Of a DNA stretch of 64,000 nt, positions 1-13,200 are shown one piece after another. Origin of the DNA: Epiperipatus broadwayi (Eukaryota; Animalia; Onychophora). A program made the position numbers and the translations under genes. Each line of letters starts with the position of its first letter. The first letter of the stretch is position 1. The stretch spans positions 1,922,001 to 1,986,000 of the forward strand of contig JAQFVV010000001.1 in assembly GCA_028023455.1 (NCBI GenBank), written 5' to 3'. The notes below the pieces were generated by a model that saw only the letters and a list, made by a program, of their open reading frames with translations, had not been told where the DNA came from and did not search any database.

Positions 1-828
1 CTTTCTAGAATAATGGACCTTCACTATCTATTGAATTATAAGGAATAATTAATGGAACCTGGTGATAAGGTCATCTATGTTAAAATCTAGTTTTTTTACT
101 GCAGGCATTCTTCAGTAAGAGCATTGAAATGTACACATTCTTATCACATTATTACCTTTATTTTAGATTTATAAATCAAATTAATGATTCAAAATGTTGT
201 ACTTCCAAGATGTTAAGCTGAAACTAAGTTACTTATAGATCTACACAAATTTGATGCAAGATTTGTCATTACATATTTTAGTAATCCCAGTTATATGCTA
301 ATTGTAGAGATTTTTAGCAAATAGATAGAGTATATCAAAACAGCATTACCTGATTCTCTCAACTTACATTTAATCTATTTTAACAGTAGTAATTCACATT
401 ATATAACTACTTGAGAGCTATCTATATAAGCCTAAGATATTAATGGAGATCAAATGCAACCATCAATTCAGCTTCTAGTTCTGACTTGTTCCTTCATAGT
501 AAGTAGCACTGGACTGTATTAATCTCTTCAGCATGTTATCAAAATAATATAGTTACTAACTTAGTAATCAGATGTATTTAATTATATAACCAAGCTAGCT
601 TGTCATTGAAACAAAGTGTTGAAATTTCATATTATTTAATAAATAGTATAGCAGAAGTAAAAGTGATTTCTGAATGGTTATTTGCAATACATTGTTTCTC
701 ACTGACAAAGGGACAATAGACTCAGACATCTGGTTGTCACTATCATCTTAGTTTCATTGATTATTTATGCTTATATAGATCAATAAATAATTTAATGATG
801 TATATAATTGTAATCTTGTGAAAGGAAA

Positions 829-1404
829 TTAATTTTCACACACATGCTATTAGATTAAAGTTATGTGCATTCACCCATCAATAAATGTTTTAAAAACATA
901 TGCTTAGAGCTTATTTTTATATAAATTAACCCCTATTGACCATGCTTAAACCAGGACTTGAACTTATTATAAGCTTGATATTTCAATTGATAAATTATTT
1001 GTACAAATTTAATTTATATATTACAAGGAAGAGAAAGTTTCTCATTTTTAAGTACCTGCAATAGTGCATGTTTGAAGATTAAATTCTTTCCACAAGATTA
1101 CAATTATATATATCACTAAATTATTTGTTTACATATATCCAAACTAATATAATCCAAAATCACAGGTCCTTAAAAATGAGAAACTTTCTCTTCCCTGTGA
1201 TATATAAACTAAATTTGTACAAATAATTTGTCCATTGAAATATCAGGCTCATAATAAGGTTAAATCCTGATTTAAGTATGGTCAATAAGAATTGGTTTAT
1301 ATAAAAATAAGCTCTAAGCATAAGTATTACTCTTATGCTTTTAAAACACTTATTGAAGGGTGAGTATATATAAATTTAATCTAATGGCGCATGTGTGAAG
1401 ATTA
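829..1404. mobile_element. Foldback/MITE-like element: ~220-bp inverted arms around a ~110-bp spacer
   Basis: Left arm ~835-1051 (ttcacacacatgc...ggaagagaaagtttctcatttttaag) is the imperfect reverse complement of right arm ~1169-1399 (cttaaaaatgagaaactttctcttcc...gcatgtgtgaa). No TSD identified. Confidence 0.7.
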
Positions 1405-2038
1405 TGGTTACATGTGTATTATTAGAATAGAATGATAATCAATTAATGCATATATTAAATGTAAGCTAGAAGAGTCAGAGCTATATTCTTTGTGTGTGCA
1501 TATACATATATTGAGACAGGGATGTCTCCTGAACACATTGACATGGATGAGATAACTTTGATAATGTTTGTGTGCATATATGTATTTAACTTATATATAG
1601 GAAAAGCAGAAATGTACACTTAAGTGTAACATATATAAATATTAAAACAAAAGTCTAGAATGGCTAAAATTTAATAAAATAAGAAGTAATATTCTTGGAT
1701 ATCTTAAATAATTTAAGTAAAGTTAAATATATTTTTGTACCAAAAAATACTAAGAAAGACATTTTAATTAAGAAATTCTTTCTGTCTCTAATCAAAAATT
1801 ATATAAATTGATTAATTTTAGGAATAAAAAAAAATCAATGATTTACAGAATTATTATATTTTCTAATAATTTAAAAAAAGTTACAATTTATATTTAGAAA
1901 ATATAACTGGGAAAATATAAGCTATTCAAAAATGTATTTACGATATTACCAGAATTACTTTGTATTGAACAATAAATGCCAATTCAAATCTTTTAAATAG
2001 TAATCAGTATTCTTACATATTTTTTAATGCAAGCACAT

Positions 2039-4865
2039 ATATCATCATCATCATCATCAACCATTATCAATCTATTGCAGGATGAAGGTCTCCAAGTTCA
2101 ATCCATCTTCTCCGATCTTCTTCACATTATTCCTGCACTCTTTCTTATTTCATTCATCCATCTCACATGTATCTTTCTGTGCCTTTTACAATCTCTTGGC
2201 ATCCGGTTTAAGATTTCAATTGTCTATCTATTATCATCTCTTCTAGCAATATGTCCAACCCAATGCCACTTCAGTCTTTTAATATTTTCAATGAGGTTAG
2301 TAACATCTGTTTGTTCTCTTACTCATATATTGCATCTTCAATCTCTTCTTGTTACTCCCAACATGCATCTCTCCATATTTCTTTGAGTGGTCTGAAGTCT
2401 CTGTATTGCTCTTCTATTAAGTATGCAAGTTTCAGATCCATAAGTAAGAAGTGGTAGTACACATCTATTAAAAACCTTCCTTTTCAAACACATAGGCATA
2501 TTTTCTTTTAGTATCAAGTTATTTCTACCAAAAGCACTCAAAACAAGTTTAATTCTATGATTTATTTCATCCATTATGTTTCCATCTTTATTAATAATCT
2601 GACCAAGGTATTTGTTGCTGTTAACTTCTTCTAATTCATCATAATCAATCTTTATTTTCATATTTTGAGAAAATCCATTAAACATTACTTTAGTCTTTTT
2701 AACATTTATCTTTAGTCTTACTTTCATCTGATAACTCTTACATTTCCAGCAGCTCTAAAGTAGTATTTGCAAAACCAATTACATCATCTGCAAAATTTAA
2801 ATGACTTAAATAATCTCCATTTACTTTCACTCCTTTAGCTTTCCATTTTAATCCACAAAAATACTTTGCAGTAGCAATGCTGTAAAAAGTTTTGGAGATA
2901 TGGAGTCACCCTGTTTTATATCCTTCTCAATATTGACTCTCCTAGTATCATTATGTAATCTAATTGTTGCTGTTGCATTTTTATAAATATCCTTTAAAAT
3001 ATGACACTATCCTGGATCTATACCTTGATGATCCAATGCTTTAATCACTGAAGAAATGTTTATAGAATAAAATGCCTTTTCATAATCACAAGTCCAAAGC
3101 ATAATGGCAACTCATATTCATTTGTCCTTTTTATAACTTCTCTCAATACCTGGATATGATCTATTGTACTAAAATCACTTTTGGATCCAGCTTGTTCTCT
3201 TGGTCGGTGAAAATCCAATGTTCTCTGTAGATGAGTTGTAATTATCTTGGTAAAAATTTTGTATGAAACTGATAAAAGGCTGATAGCTCTGTAAGTTCTA
3301 GTATCTTCTTTATCATCTTTTTAAAATATTAATATTAATACTGCATTCTTCCAATCATCTGGTACATTTTTATCATTTAGACATTTGATATATAACTTTG
3401 CTAAAAAAATTTCTATTTCTTCACCTGCTACTTTTAATATATCAATTATAATTCCATCATTACCTGGAGCCTTTCCTTTCTTCATAAATTTAATTGCATG
3501 TTGCACTTCTTCATTTAAAATTCTGGGCAATTCGGAAGATATAATAGGAATAGGAAGTACTTGTTCTCTAATACTATATAATTTTTGATAGAAGTCTTCT
3601 ACCCATTTCATGATGTCATCTTTTTTTTTAGTAATAATTTCATCTTTTTTTCTTATTGCAGATATAAATTTCTTACCAATACTGAAATGTTGTTTTACAC
3701 TCTTGAGTTCACAGTTATACTTTCGTATATTATTTTCAACTCTTCTCTGCACCATTTTAGAAAATTCGAGATATTTAATCCTTTTTAACACATTTTTGTA
3801 TATCTTCATATTCCTTCTTTTCTTCATAAACTCTTTAGTCTCAGTAGAAATTTTATTAGTCAATTGCTGCTTTTTTCTATCAGCTATCTTTTTTGCAGTT
3901 TTTAAAAGCGTATCAGTTATTTTCATATTAATTTTAGTCAAATCTGAATCATGTTCAAAATCTATTAATACTTGAAACCACTTTGTAAGTTCTAATTTAA
4001 ATTCATTAGAATGCTTCTGAAAATTAGGAATATCAACTGTAAATATTGTTTTTTTTTAATGATTTTTGTCTCTCTAGTTTTGCATTAACATGTATCTTCA
4101 TACAATCTTGAAATGTGTATTTTCTGTTAATTAAAATATAATTCAATTCTGCTGTACCTTCATATGGATGCTTCCATGTCCATTTCCTTTTAACATTTTT
4201 TTTTAAAAAAAGAATTCATAATATAAAGATTTTCTTTTTCTGCAAACTTCACAAGTCTATGTCCTCTCTCATGTCTATTACCTTAACCAAAATTATCTAC
4301 AGCACTTTCATCTTTCATTTGTTTACCAATTCTAGCATTACAATCTCCTATAACAATTTTAAAATGTTTACTCAGATCAAATGCCTTTTGGACATCCATA
4401 TAAAAATCTCCTACTACTTCACCACTATGAGAACTTTTGGGGACATAAACCTGAATTATCTGCATTTGATTTTTGCTAAAGTTGTATAATTAATCTTGCT
4501 GCTCTGTTCAATACACCATCTATCTCCACAATGTTGTTCTTCCACTTTTTATTTATAATGAATCCTACTCCATTTGTATTTCCAATATTTGTGCCTTTAT
4601 AGTAGAGTACATGTTCACTTTTTAAATCAATTGTCTCTTCACCTTTTCTTCTAACTTCACAAAGTCCAACAATGTCCCATTCAATATAAGACAGTTCTTC
4701 TTCTAATTCTTGCAATCTTACTTCACTTGGAAATACCTAAATAAAAAGTCATCATCTAATGGCAACCTGGATCCACAATCGGTATTCTTAGCACCCTCCG
4801 CCTTCGGCCACCAACCACTGCCTTGGTTGGTGACTTTATAGCCTCCTGGCAATAAGGGCCATAAT
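2039..4865 (-). mobile_element. RTE-clade non-LTR retrotransposon (APE endonuclease + RT), near full length, degenerate
   Basis: Minus-strand frames give endonuclease motifs (WDIVGLCEVRR, GVGFII, IQVYVP, VIGDCNARIG; 4283-4715) and RT motifs (KGKAPGNDGI, WKNAVLILI, EQAG, FADDV, KINVKKTKVM, YLGQ, LTYGSET; 2338-3941). The 3' end is a short (TGA)n tandem repeat at 2039-2058, as expected for RTE elements. Many stops and frameshifts. Confidence 0.9.
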
Positions 4866-6069
4866 TTATTTTTGTCTGTCATGATTGTATACATTGTAAA
4901 AATATTTATTATTTACATATACATTCATTCTGCCTTATCAGGCAACTGATAAGAAAGACCATGGTGTTTCTTGATCTTAAACTCAGTGCTAAAAAGTCAA
5001 TTAACTCCTCACACTGGCTAATGCATGTTGATGAGAAGCCCATCCATGCTTATATATTATATGAATAATCACATTATAATAACAACTGCAATGACAAGAA
5101 CGTATGGAGTGGACATTATGAATTTGTCCTGCTCAGTTTTTTTAAGGTTTCCAAGAAGAATCAGAGAGTCTCCTTTCAGTTAATAGCAAACTTCTTTCTG
5201 CAGCCAAGCACACACATATATAAAGAATTATATATTGCTAAAATAATAATTTGAGCTTATAGTTTAAAAACGCATTAATAATTAAATAATTGAAACATAT
5301 TGCATTACTGAATAGTTCTGTTAGTTAAAATATTCATTGCCTTAAAATTCGACATTACATTACTACATTTATTGTCTTTTTTTTAAATACATATTTTAAT
5401 AATTTAATATATGTCATATTTGTAGCCAAGCCAGAATCAGATTATGTCAATTTATTTATGCTTTAATAGAATACTTATTCTAGATCTATCATTATTATTA
5501 TTACCAAATTCTTAATAAAATTATCAATCATTGTTTTTGAGTTATAATTAATTTATCTAATTTATATTCTTGTGCACATATTTTACAGAGTCTCTTCTGA
5601 ACCATACAGCTAAATACCGAACAGTAATAAGATACTCTTTTGTGTGAATTCTATGTAATTCTCTATAATTCCTTTTGGTATTATACGGTTGTTATTTCAG
5701 GATTAAATGTTATATAATGACTTAACTTTGGTCATATTTAATGTTCATACATATGTATAAATTATTCGGTTACTATTTTATTTGTAACCATTACTTACAT
5801 AATGCAAACTTAGGTCTGTGCATGATCATTGTGATCATCAATAAATATTTTATTTGCTTTTATTTTGATCGGTTACAAATGGCATGTGAACTTGGAGCAG
5901 ATCTAGGTACACACACACACGGAGAATTTATATAGATATGGCTGTTATTTGCTTATAATCACATGTATAGTGTTTTATACAATTATGTATTTATTGTGAC
6001 AATAGTGTCTTGTGGAGTATCAAAAATTTAGCATTTATTTTATTTTATTATTATAATAGAGTACATGTC

Positions 6070-6755
6070 ACAGAAAATTGTGCATTTCAATAGAAATAGA
6101 TTAACATATTTTTTTTTTATAAAAAGAAAGAGTAAATTAATATGTCTGGAAAAAATTTCAATTAATAAAGTAACACTATTTTTTAAACATTCTGATTACA
6201 ACAAAATTGTTTGAAAAGAAAGAAATATTAAAATAGAAAACTTGATAAGGAGCATCAAGTGGCTGACATGTCTCATAAAAAGTCCAAACAAGTTAGAAAA
6301 TTCTATGGAGGCAAATTACAGGGGTTTTTTTTTTTTAAAAAAAAAACCCCAGAAACTTCAAAACCATTTTCTGAAGGGGAATTTATAAATGACTGCATCC
6401 TAATTGATGTAGAATTAATTTGTCCAGAACATAAAAAGAAATTTGAGAATATAAAAAATATCACAGATTACAATGCAAATTGGAAAAATTATCATTAAAT
6501 GGGAAATGGTAATTAATAATAAAGGTGTTATTTTATTTTTAATTAAAAAAAAATTATGTCCCTCATTTAAAAAAAGCAAGTTGAAGGTGGCCTGCCACCT
6601 GAAAAGATTACTCACTTCTAATGATTAGGGGTAAATTAATTAAATGTTTGATCAAACATAGCTGCCTAATTTTTAAGTCAATAATTTTCTATGGCCCACA
6701 AATGTTATTATAAATATCCAAATGATACTTGGAAGAAAAAAGATTCCATGCCCTA
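6070..6755 (+). mobile_element. hAT (Charlie/SPIN/GTF2IRD2-like) transposase N-terminal remnant, internally deleted
   Basis: KPFSEGEFINDCILIDVELICPEHKKKFENI (in ORF 6259-6498) resembles the KPFxDGEFIKxC...CPE...FENI segment of this transposase group. Upstream 6070-6200 reads ENCAFQ..IFFFIKRKSKLICL. A Charlie-like right end followed by ccctagac lies at ~6750. Left end not found. Confidence 0.6.
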
Positions 6756-7970
6756 GACCATAAGCTTTATTATGTAGTATAAAATTTAGTTTATTAATGA
6801 TATAATTAGCAAAAGTATAATATAAAGTATGTAAAAAAAATTTTGGAAATAGAAAATCATGATTGGAATTAATTTGTTAAAGCCATACTGCATTATTTAA
6901 TATATGAATTTGGTATGATTCATTATTATAAAATTTTACAAAATATAAGCTATTAAAAAATAATAAGTTATAAAATTAACTTCTGTAATTTAAAAATGAG
7001 AATAATTAAATGCTATAAAATTTAAATTAAGAAAAAATTTCCAATAAACAATTTAACTGTTAACAATTTGGAAAGCAAGTCTGATTTATGGCTATAGGCA
7101 AGTTTCAACCATAAAATGATTGAAATATTAGCTTAATTATTCATTAATAATTAGTCACTATTCTTAGAGATATACCTGGATATAATATTCTGTATTGTTT
7201 CATTAAAAGCAAATAATAAAGAAAAGTTGTTGAAACAACATTCAGTTCATCTGATTATAAAAATACCAGCCCAACATTGAGCAATAATTTGTATTATACT
7301 TCTCCAAAGCTATGCACAAAAATATCTACATGATTATCAGACTGGATTGCTGAATAAATTATTTGGATTGTGGATCTGAAAGATGATTCTTAAGGAAAAT
7401 GAAGTTAGAACTAGAATAGCCTAATCAAAATCTTGGTGTGGTTGTGAGAATTCTATGTTATAATTAATGAATCCTAATCCATAAATATAAAAATTGGAAG
7501 AAACATTATCATAGAAAGCTGATCGACCATCTACATATGCTGGATTTGTAAGGAAATAAAATATAAAAAGAATAAGGAACTACCTCTGAAAAAATTAGTT
7601 AGGTAATTATAAAGCAAATAAAGGACAATATAATACCTAATGACTTATTATAGGTGTACCAAAATGATTGAAAAGTAAATGACTAAGAAATAAGCAAATC
7701 CTATAATGTAATTTGAATTTTGAAAATATTATATATATATTGCTTAAGCAAAATATTCTGATAATGAATATTTTGATCCTTTATAAAAAAAATTTGTAAA
7801 TGTATGTTTGTTTATAACACTGTCACATGTCAGAATAACAATCAGTTAAAAAAAAGCTTACATTTATTAGTAATGCTGTCAAAAGAAGTAATTCGCCATT
7901 AATAAACTGTAATTTTTTTTACAAGAGGCTTAATTTGGATTACAAATATTTTATTCAAAGCAATTCTGCA

Positions 7971-8147
7971 AGCAAAAAAAAAATTGTTAAAAGCAACTCG
8001 GTTAAAAAAAAACCCACAAAAACAACAGCCTTTCCATAGGCCAAGTATATTTGCCAACAAATAATTTTACAGAGCAAAAAAAAATTTGTTAAAACAATCA
8101 ACTAAAAAGAAGTATTACAAAAACAATGGTGTTTCCATAGTCCAGGT
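7971..8147. repeat. Two imperfect ~102-bp direct repeats, with a partial third copy at 8404-8432
   Basis: agcaaaaaaaaa(t)ttgttaaaa...acaaaaacaa...tttccatag recurs at 7971 and 8073; acaaaaatgacagcctttccataggcc at 8404. Confidence 0.45.
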
Positions 8148-10054
8148 ACCTTTTTGGATTCTAAAAAAATATGGTATTTTATAAAGGCATATAGAATAAA
8201 AAATTTTGATGGGAAAAAGCTTGGAAAACATTTGTAAATGTGCTTTTAATTACAATACAGAACTGAATAGGTATAGTATTTAAATCGTGATGAAAATGTG
8301 ATTAAAATTCATAAATTCATGTTTGAAATGCAATATTATAGTGAAGGAGAAAAAATAGTTGCTATATTACCGTATTTACATTTAATTTAAGGTTAGCATA
8401 TAATTACAAAAATGACAGCCTTTCCATAGGCCTGATAAAAACTTGTATATATATATTTATTTATTTGATCTAGTAAATGAATCTGTCAGTAATTGTATAT
8501 ATATATTTGTTTAATGATGACCTGTATTATTTTTCTTTTTAATAATAAAAATTTTTGATTTTATAATGTATAGAGTTTTCAGAAATATCAATTACTGCAT
8601 GATTTAGATATTGCTTTATAAAGTACTGAATTGAAAGTATTTATGATTATTGCATCTTTTGTAGGAGGGGGTGTAAGATGGTTAGTATTATGTGTATCTC
8701 AGAATCTATAATATTAATTTAATCGTAAGGGTTTAGTATTTTCATTTGGAAGATAAGCAAGTGAAATACATATACAAGCACTAATTATCAGATCACCCTG
8801 ATTCTTGTGTGTATGTTTTATATATATATATGTTTTTTTTTCTGCCTTTAATTATCTTCAGACTTGAAGATTAATTACTTGGAATTTGAATCAGTATCAT
8901 TCTTTGTTCTTATGTTATTTGGTATTTTTACTCCAATGATACATTTATCATTATTATGTGTTTAATAACAGTCTGAACTCAATCTGTTGTACAGATTCTG
9001 AAATTATGATTTCAGAAAGTAGGTTGCAAGATGTAAGTAAAATGGTATCAATTCTTTTATATGCTAAATAGTGATACCATCTAGATGATTTTTTAATTAT
9101 CTGGAAAACAAAGCCAAGATCGTTAAGTGATTTTTTATTTTATTTTAGTGCGACCATTGTGATAGTCCAATAAATCATTTATGAGAATCAAACATGATCA
9201 AGACACGATAATTAGATAGTATTAACTAATTATATAGATCTGATTGATCAATAGTAAAGTAAAATTCAACTTTAGCGATCTTTGGACATTAGCCTAACTT
9301 ATTTTTCTCATAATTTTTTTAAATAATTTTTTTGGAAAGCTGACTATGACTGACACTATTTGCAACTATGATATAATTACTCTAAAGACAGATTCCTTAA
9401 TGTTAACATATTCTTCTGCTGATGAATACTATGACTTTTGTATGGAGAGAGTGTATGTGTGCCAAACTAATCTTTTAGATTGTGAGAAATATTATCAGCA
9501 TACTCAAGTTTATTTCTTGACTGTGGTTTTTTTTTATTCTTTCATATATCTCTTCAGCAAATAACAAAAGTTGCCTTACAGAAAATGAATAAAAAATTAT
9601 TAAATAGATCAGACTAATTATTTCAAGTTACTGTCACTACTTATAGACTTGTTTTAAATCATGATATCTCTTGGTGTTCACTCAGGAATTTTTTCAAACA
9701 ATTAGAAAAACGTGTAAAAAACAATGTTGTGAACTTCCAAATAAATTCATTTTTTTTCATATCCTGTCATATCTCACCTTGCCTTCAAATAATGGACTAG
9801 TTCAGAGTCCTTTCTTGTCACAATCAGATTGAGCATTCATTGTCACTAACCAGTGCATATCCAAATGTTTCCGTTAAGGTTGGAGATCTGACATAATCAG
9901 TCTTTTTGAAGGTTATTTCTTAACTTGCCTTTAAATAATGGACCAGTCCAGATTCATTTCTTATCTCTGTTATGTAGCCCCAAACCATTGTGTATTGCTG
10001 GTCGACATCATGATCGGATTGAGAATTCATTGCCACTTATTAATGTGTATGTGT

Positions 10055-10530
10055 AAACATCACATAATTACCATTTTTTTATGCTTGCTTATAACTGTTA
10101 TTAAAACAGGCAAACTCTCCATACAGTAGTGCCACTCAGTGCAAGCCAGAGTAATCAATGGATGCCAGAAGGCTTGTGCATAAAATCCCTATCTAGTGTC
10201 TACTCATCCAATATCCCCAGACTAGTTTCTAGCTTATGGCTTTCTCAGACCCAAGGCTCCTCACTTAGTAATCAATGAATGCCAGAAGGCTTGTGCATAA
10301 AATCCCTATCTAGTGCCTATTCATCCAGTATCCCCAGATTAGTTTCTAGCTTATGGTTTTCTCAGATCCAAGACTCCTCACTGATGAAAGCCACAAGCTA
10401 GAAACTAGTCTGTGGATATTGAATGAGCAGGCTATAGATAGGTATTTTATGCACAAGCCTTCTGGCATCCATTGATTACTCTGGCTTGCACTGAATAGCA
10501 CAACTGCATGGAGAGTTTGCCTGTTTTTTC
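10055..10530. mobile_element. Foldback repeat, copy 1 (hammerhead-bearing family), with an internal ~115-bp tandem duplication
   Basis: 10104-10187 (aaaacaggcaaactctccatacagtag...gcttgtgcataaaat) is the reverse complement of 10444-10530. The segment agtaatcaatg...ctcctcac occurs twice in tandem (~10150-10263 and ~10268-10381). Homologous to 12700-12966, 13201-13370 and 20516-20565. Confidence 0.85.
10375..10416 (+). ncRNA. Minimal type-I hammerhead ribozyme motif (Penelope-like-element type), copy A
   Basis: tcctca-CTGATGA(10381-87)-A-AGC-cacaa-GCT-A-GAAA(10401-04)-CTAGTC-tgtgga. Both core strands present, 3-bp stem II, palindromic ACTAGT stem III, GUC cleavage triplet at 10408-10410, stem I 5 of 6 pairs. 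Confidence 0.7.
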
Positions 10531-12699
10531 TGTATGTATAAAGATAACAAACAGCCAATAGGCAATGATGCTCACTGAATCTGGATGCTTCCATTAAGGG
10601 ATCTGACAATAAATAGTCAGCCTATTTGAAGATAAGGCAGAGAAGGAAAAAGATGGTTTGTATTTTCCAAAAGAATAACTGTTAATCTGAATAACAGTAG
10701 CCTAGTTCTCCATATACAGTTGAAGGAAACTTCTGCCAATCTGAATAGCAGTGATTGCTCCCTAGACTGTAGCTATTTAGCTAATGGTTAACACAGCAAA
10801 GCAAGTCCATGTTTAGGACTGGAAGCTTCCAGAACCAAAGCCGACTCAAGGCAAGCTTTAAATACAACCAGAAGAGTCGTTGTACCCCCTCACAAGGTAG
10901 GCTGTCAAGTGCAGCTGGAAATGGGTAGATAAATCAATAAGAACACATACAGAACATTAGAACTAGTAGCTGTACCCTGCAGGCAGAGTATGGCTATCAT
11001 TACTTTAATCAGTAAATGTTGTAAACACGTGTATATACTGTAATAAATATATTATTTATGAAAACATGTATACTTGTTTGTTTTTATATGTGTAATCCAG
11101 ACTAAACACAATGTTTCCAATACTAACACCTGCTGAATTTTATATTCATAAATATTATGGGAATCACATTAACAGATTCAGGATTACCTGTTACCATATA
11201 TTCATCTGCTTCAGAAATGAAATTTGACAGTCTCTGTCCTATGTAGATGAAGGCAAACACTGTATGAACTTTATAATTAATAATTGTTAAATCTATTGCT
11301 GCAGTAGCAGAATTGAAATTCTTAATAAAGCCATTATGAAGTTAGACTCCTAGTTTGGAATCTATATTGGATTTTTTTATGACCTTCTTTAATAGCTAAG
11401 CCAACTAAAAAAAAAAAAAAAAGGAAAAATCTATATACCAAATAAATAAATAAAATTGCTTTTGGAAGTATATAAACCATGAAAAAAAAATTTAATGCAA
11501 TCATTAAAGGGACTAACTTTGCTTGCATAATTAGGATAGTGCCAATTTTATATCACTTGTCTAAGAATCTCAAATGATATTTTTTTTTTGTACCAGTATC
11601 AATACAAGCCAAAAGTACTTATGACTTCAAAGAATATTTTTTTTACAATATATATATATATATATTGTGTTAAAGTCAGTTCATGGCTATCTATTACTGA
11701 CATACATTGTTATAGTATCAATTGCTACCATATTTTATGTGCCAAAATTGAATAGGTAAGCATTGTAAATGGATTTAAGATTTTTTTAAATTTCTGTATA
11801 GTCTTTAGGTCAAGCAAGATTGTACCATATCTTTTTTCCCTTCAACATCTTAGTTTTGTTTTTTTATTTTCTAAAGTATATTAACTAGATATAAAATATA
11901 CTATATTTTATAAATCTTGAAATAAATAATTTGGAAAAAGGTTTCTTTTGGGAGTATTTGATTTAATTTTATTTTTTTGAAATCTGTTCACATATTCATT
12001 GTTTAACTACAAATGAAAATTAAAATTTGATCTACTTTGAATATAATAAATTATAAAATAAAAAATTTAATCGTGAATTGTCATTTGATTTCCTGTTTTT
12101 TTTTTTAAAACCGTGATATTGAAACTTAGCACAAACTGGAGGATAAAAGTCAGCCTACCATGGAAATTGGTTTTTGCAAATTAAATTATTATTTCAAAAA
12201 ACAGTTAATTTTTTGAATGATTTCTGTAACTTTTCAATTAATTACCGTAGTTATCAAATTTCTGTGTATAATTAACAAGTTAAAAAGAATATTACATTAT
12301 TACATTAAAACTGTTAAAAAATGATGCTTTTATTTGTTTTTTCTATTAATAGAGTATATTGATGCAAGAACTAAATAATTCATAGATCCACTTCCAGCTA
12401 AGATAAATAAAAAAAGTTTCATCAATTGAATGAAACTGTTGTTCACAGTCTGCCACTTGGGTGCTTAAATATCATGATCCCTTGAGCAACTGATTATATT
12501 TTATATATTTATATAGGTATGATATATGCATATATGTATATATATTGTTCTGCTTATGAGAGTGCTACACATAAGTCACAATTGTTCAAAAATAAAAGGG
12601 TTTCATAAATAACGCAGAAAGAATAAAATCGATAAGGTGTCCATAAATAAGTGAATTAAAAACAACAAAACATTTCGTTTGAGATAAATAAATTTACTA

Positions 12700-12966
12700 A
12701 ACATTACATGATCACCATCTGTTATACTAGCACATAATTGTTATTAAACAAGGCAAAACTCTCCATACAGTAGTGCCACCCTGTGCCAACCAGAGTAATC
12801 AATGGATGCCAGAAAGCTTGTGCATAAAATCCATATTTAGTGCCTACTCATCCAATATCCCCATTGATTACTCTGGTTGGCACAGAGTGGCACTACTGTA
12901 TGGAGAGTTTTGCCTTGTTTAATAACAATTATGTGATAGTATAAGAGATGGTGATCATGTGATGTT
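12700..12966. mobile_element. Foldback repeat, copy 2: near-perfect ~100-bp hairpin, centre (hammerhead) deleted
   Basis: aacattacatgatcaccatc...ccagagtaatcaatgg (12700-12808) pairs with ccattgattactctgg...gatggtgatcatgtgatgtt (~12861-12966). Same family as copy 1. Confidence 0.85.
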
Positions 12967-13200
12967 GGTTTAACACCAATCCTGCCTAATAGAATAGTGG
13001 TGGCTATGGTTGTTAAAGAGACAAAGATCACCAAATGTATGGATGCTGAACTGAGTTCAGACCCATATGAGTATATAAGCTATTGAGCTTAGATTGAAAA
13101 TATTGTGTTTTCAATTTCATTCTCATGGTTTTGTAGTTAAGTAGAGATAAAAGGTGGCTGCTGGAGGGTTGCATTAGATCCTAAGATCTAGGTGCAGTGC

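Noticed and set aside
85-120. Minus-strand CTGAAGA...CTAG hammerhead-like words (similar weak hits near 8835-8865 and 32985-33015)
   Set aside because: GAAA, the cleavage triplet or the stems are missing; indistinguishable from chance in AT-rich DNA.
4780-4955. HDV-like ribozyme at the RTE 5' end (hairpins at ~4809-4833 and 4934-4953)
   Set aside because: Hairpins are real, but P1/P3/P1.1 cannot be built; there are too few nucleotides between candidate P2 and P4.
10600-11130. LTR-like segment after foldback copy 1
   Set aside because: Only composition and an AATAAA support it; no termini or partner.
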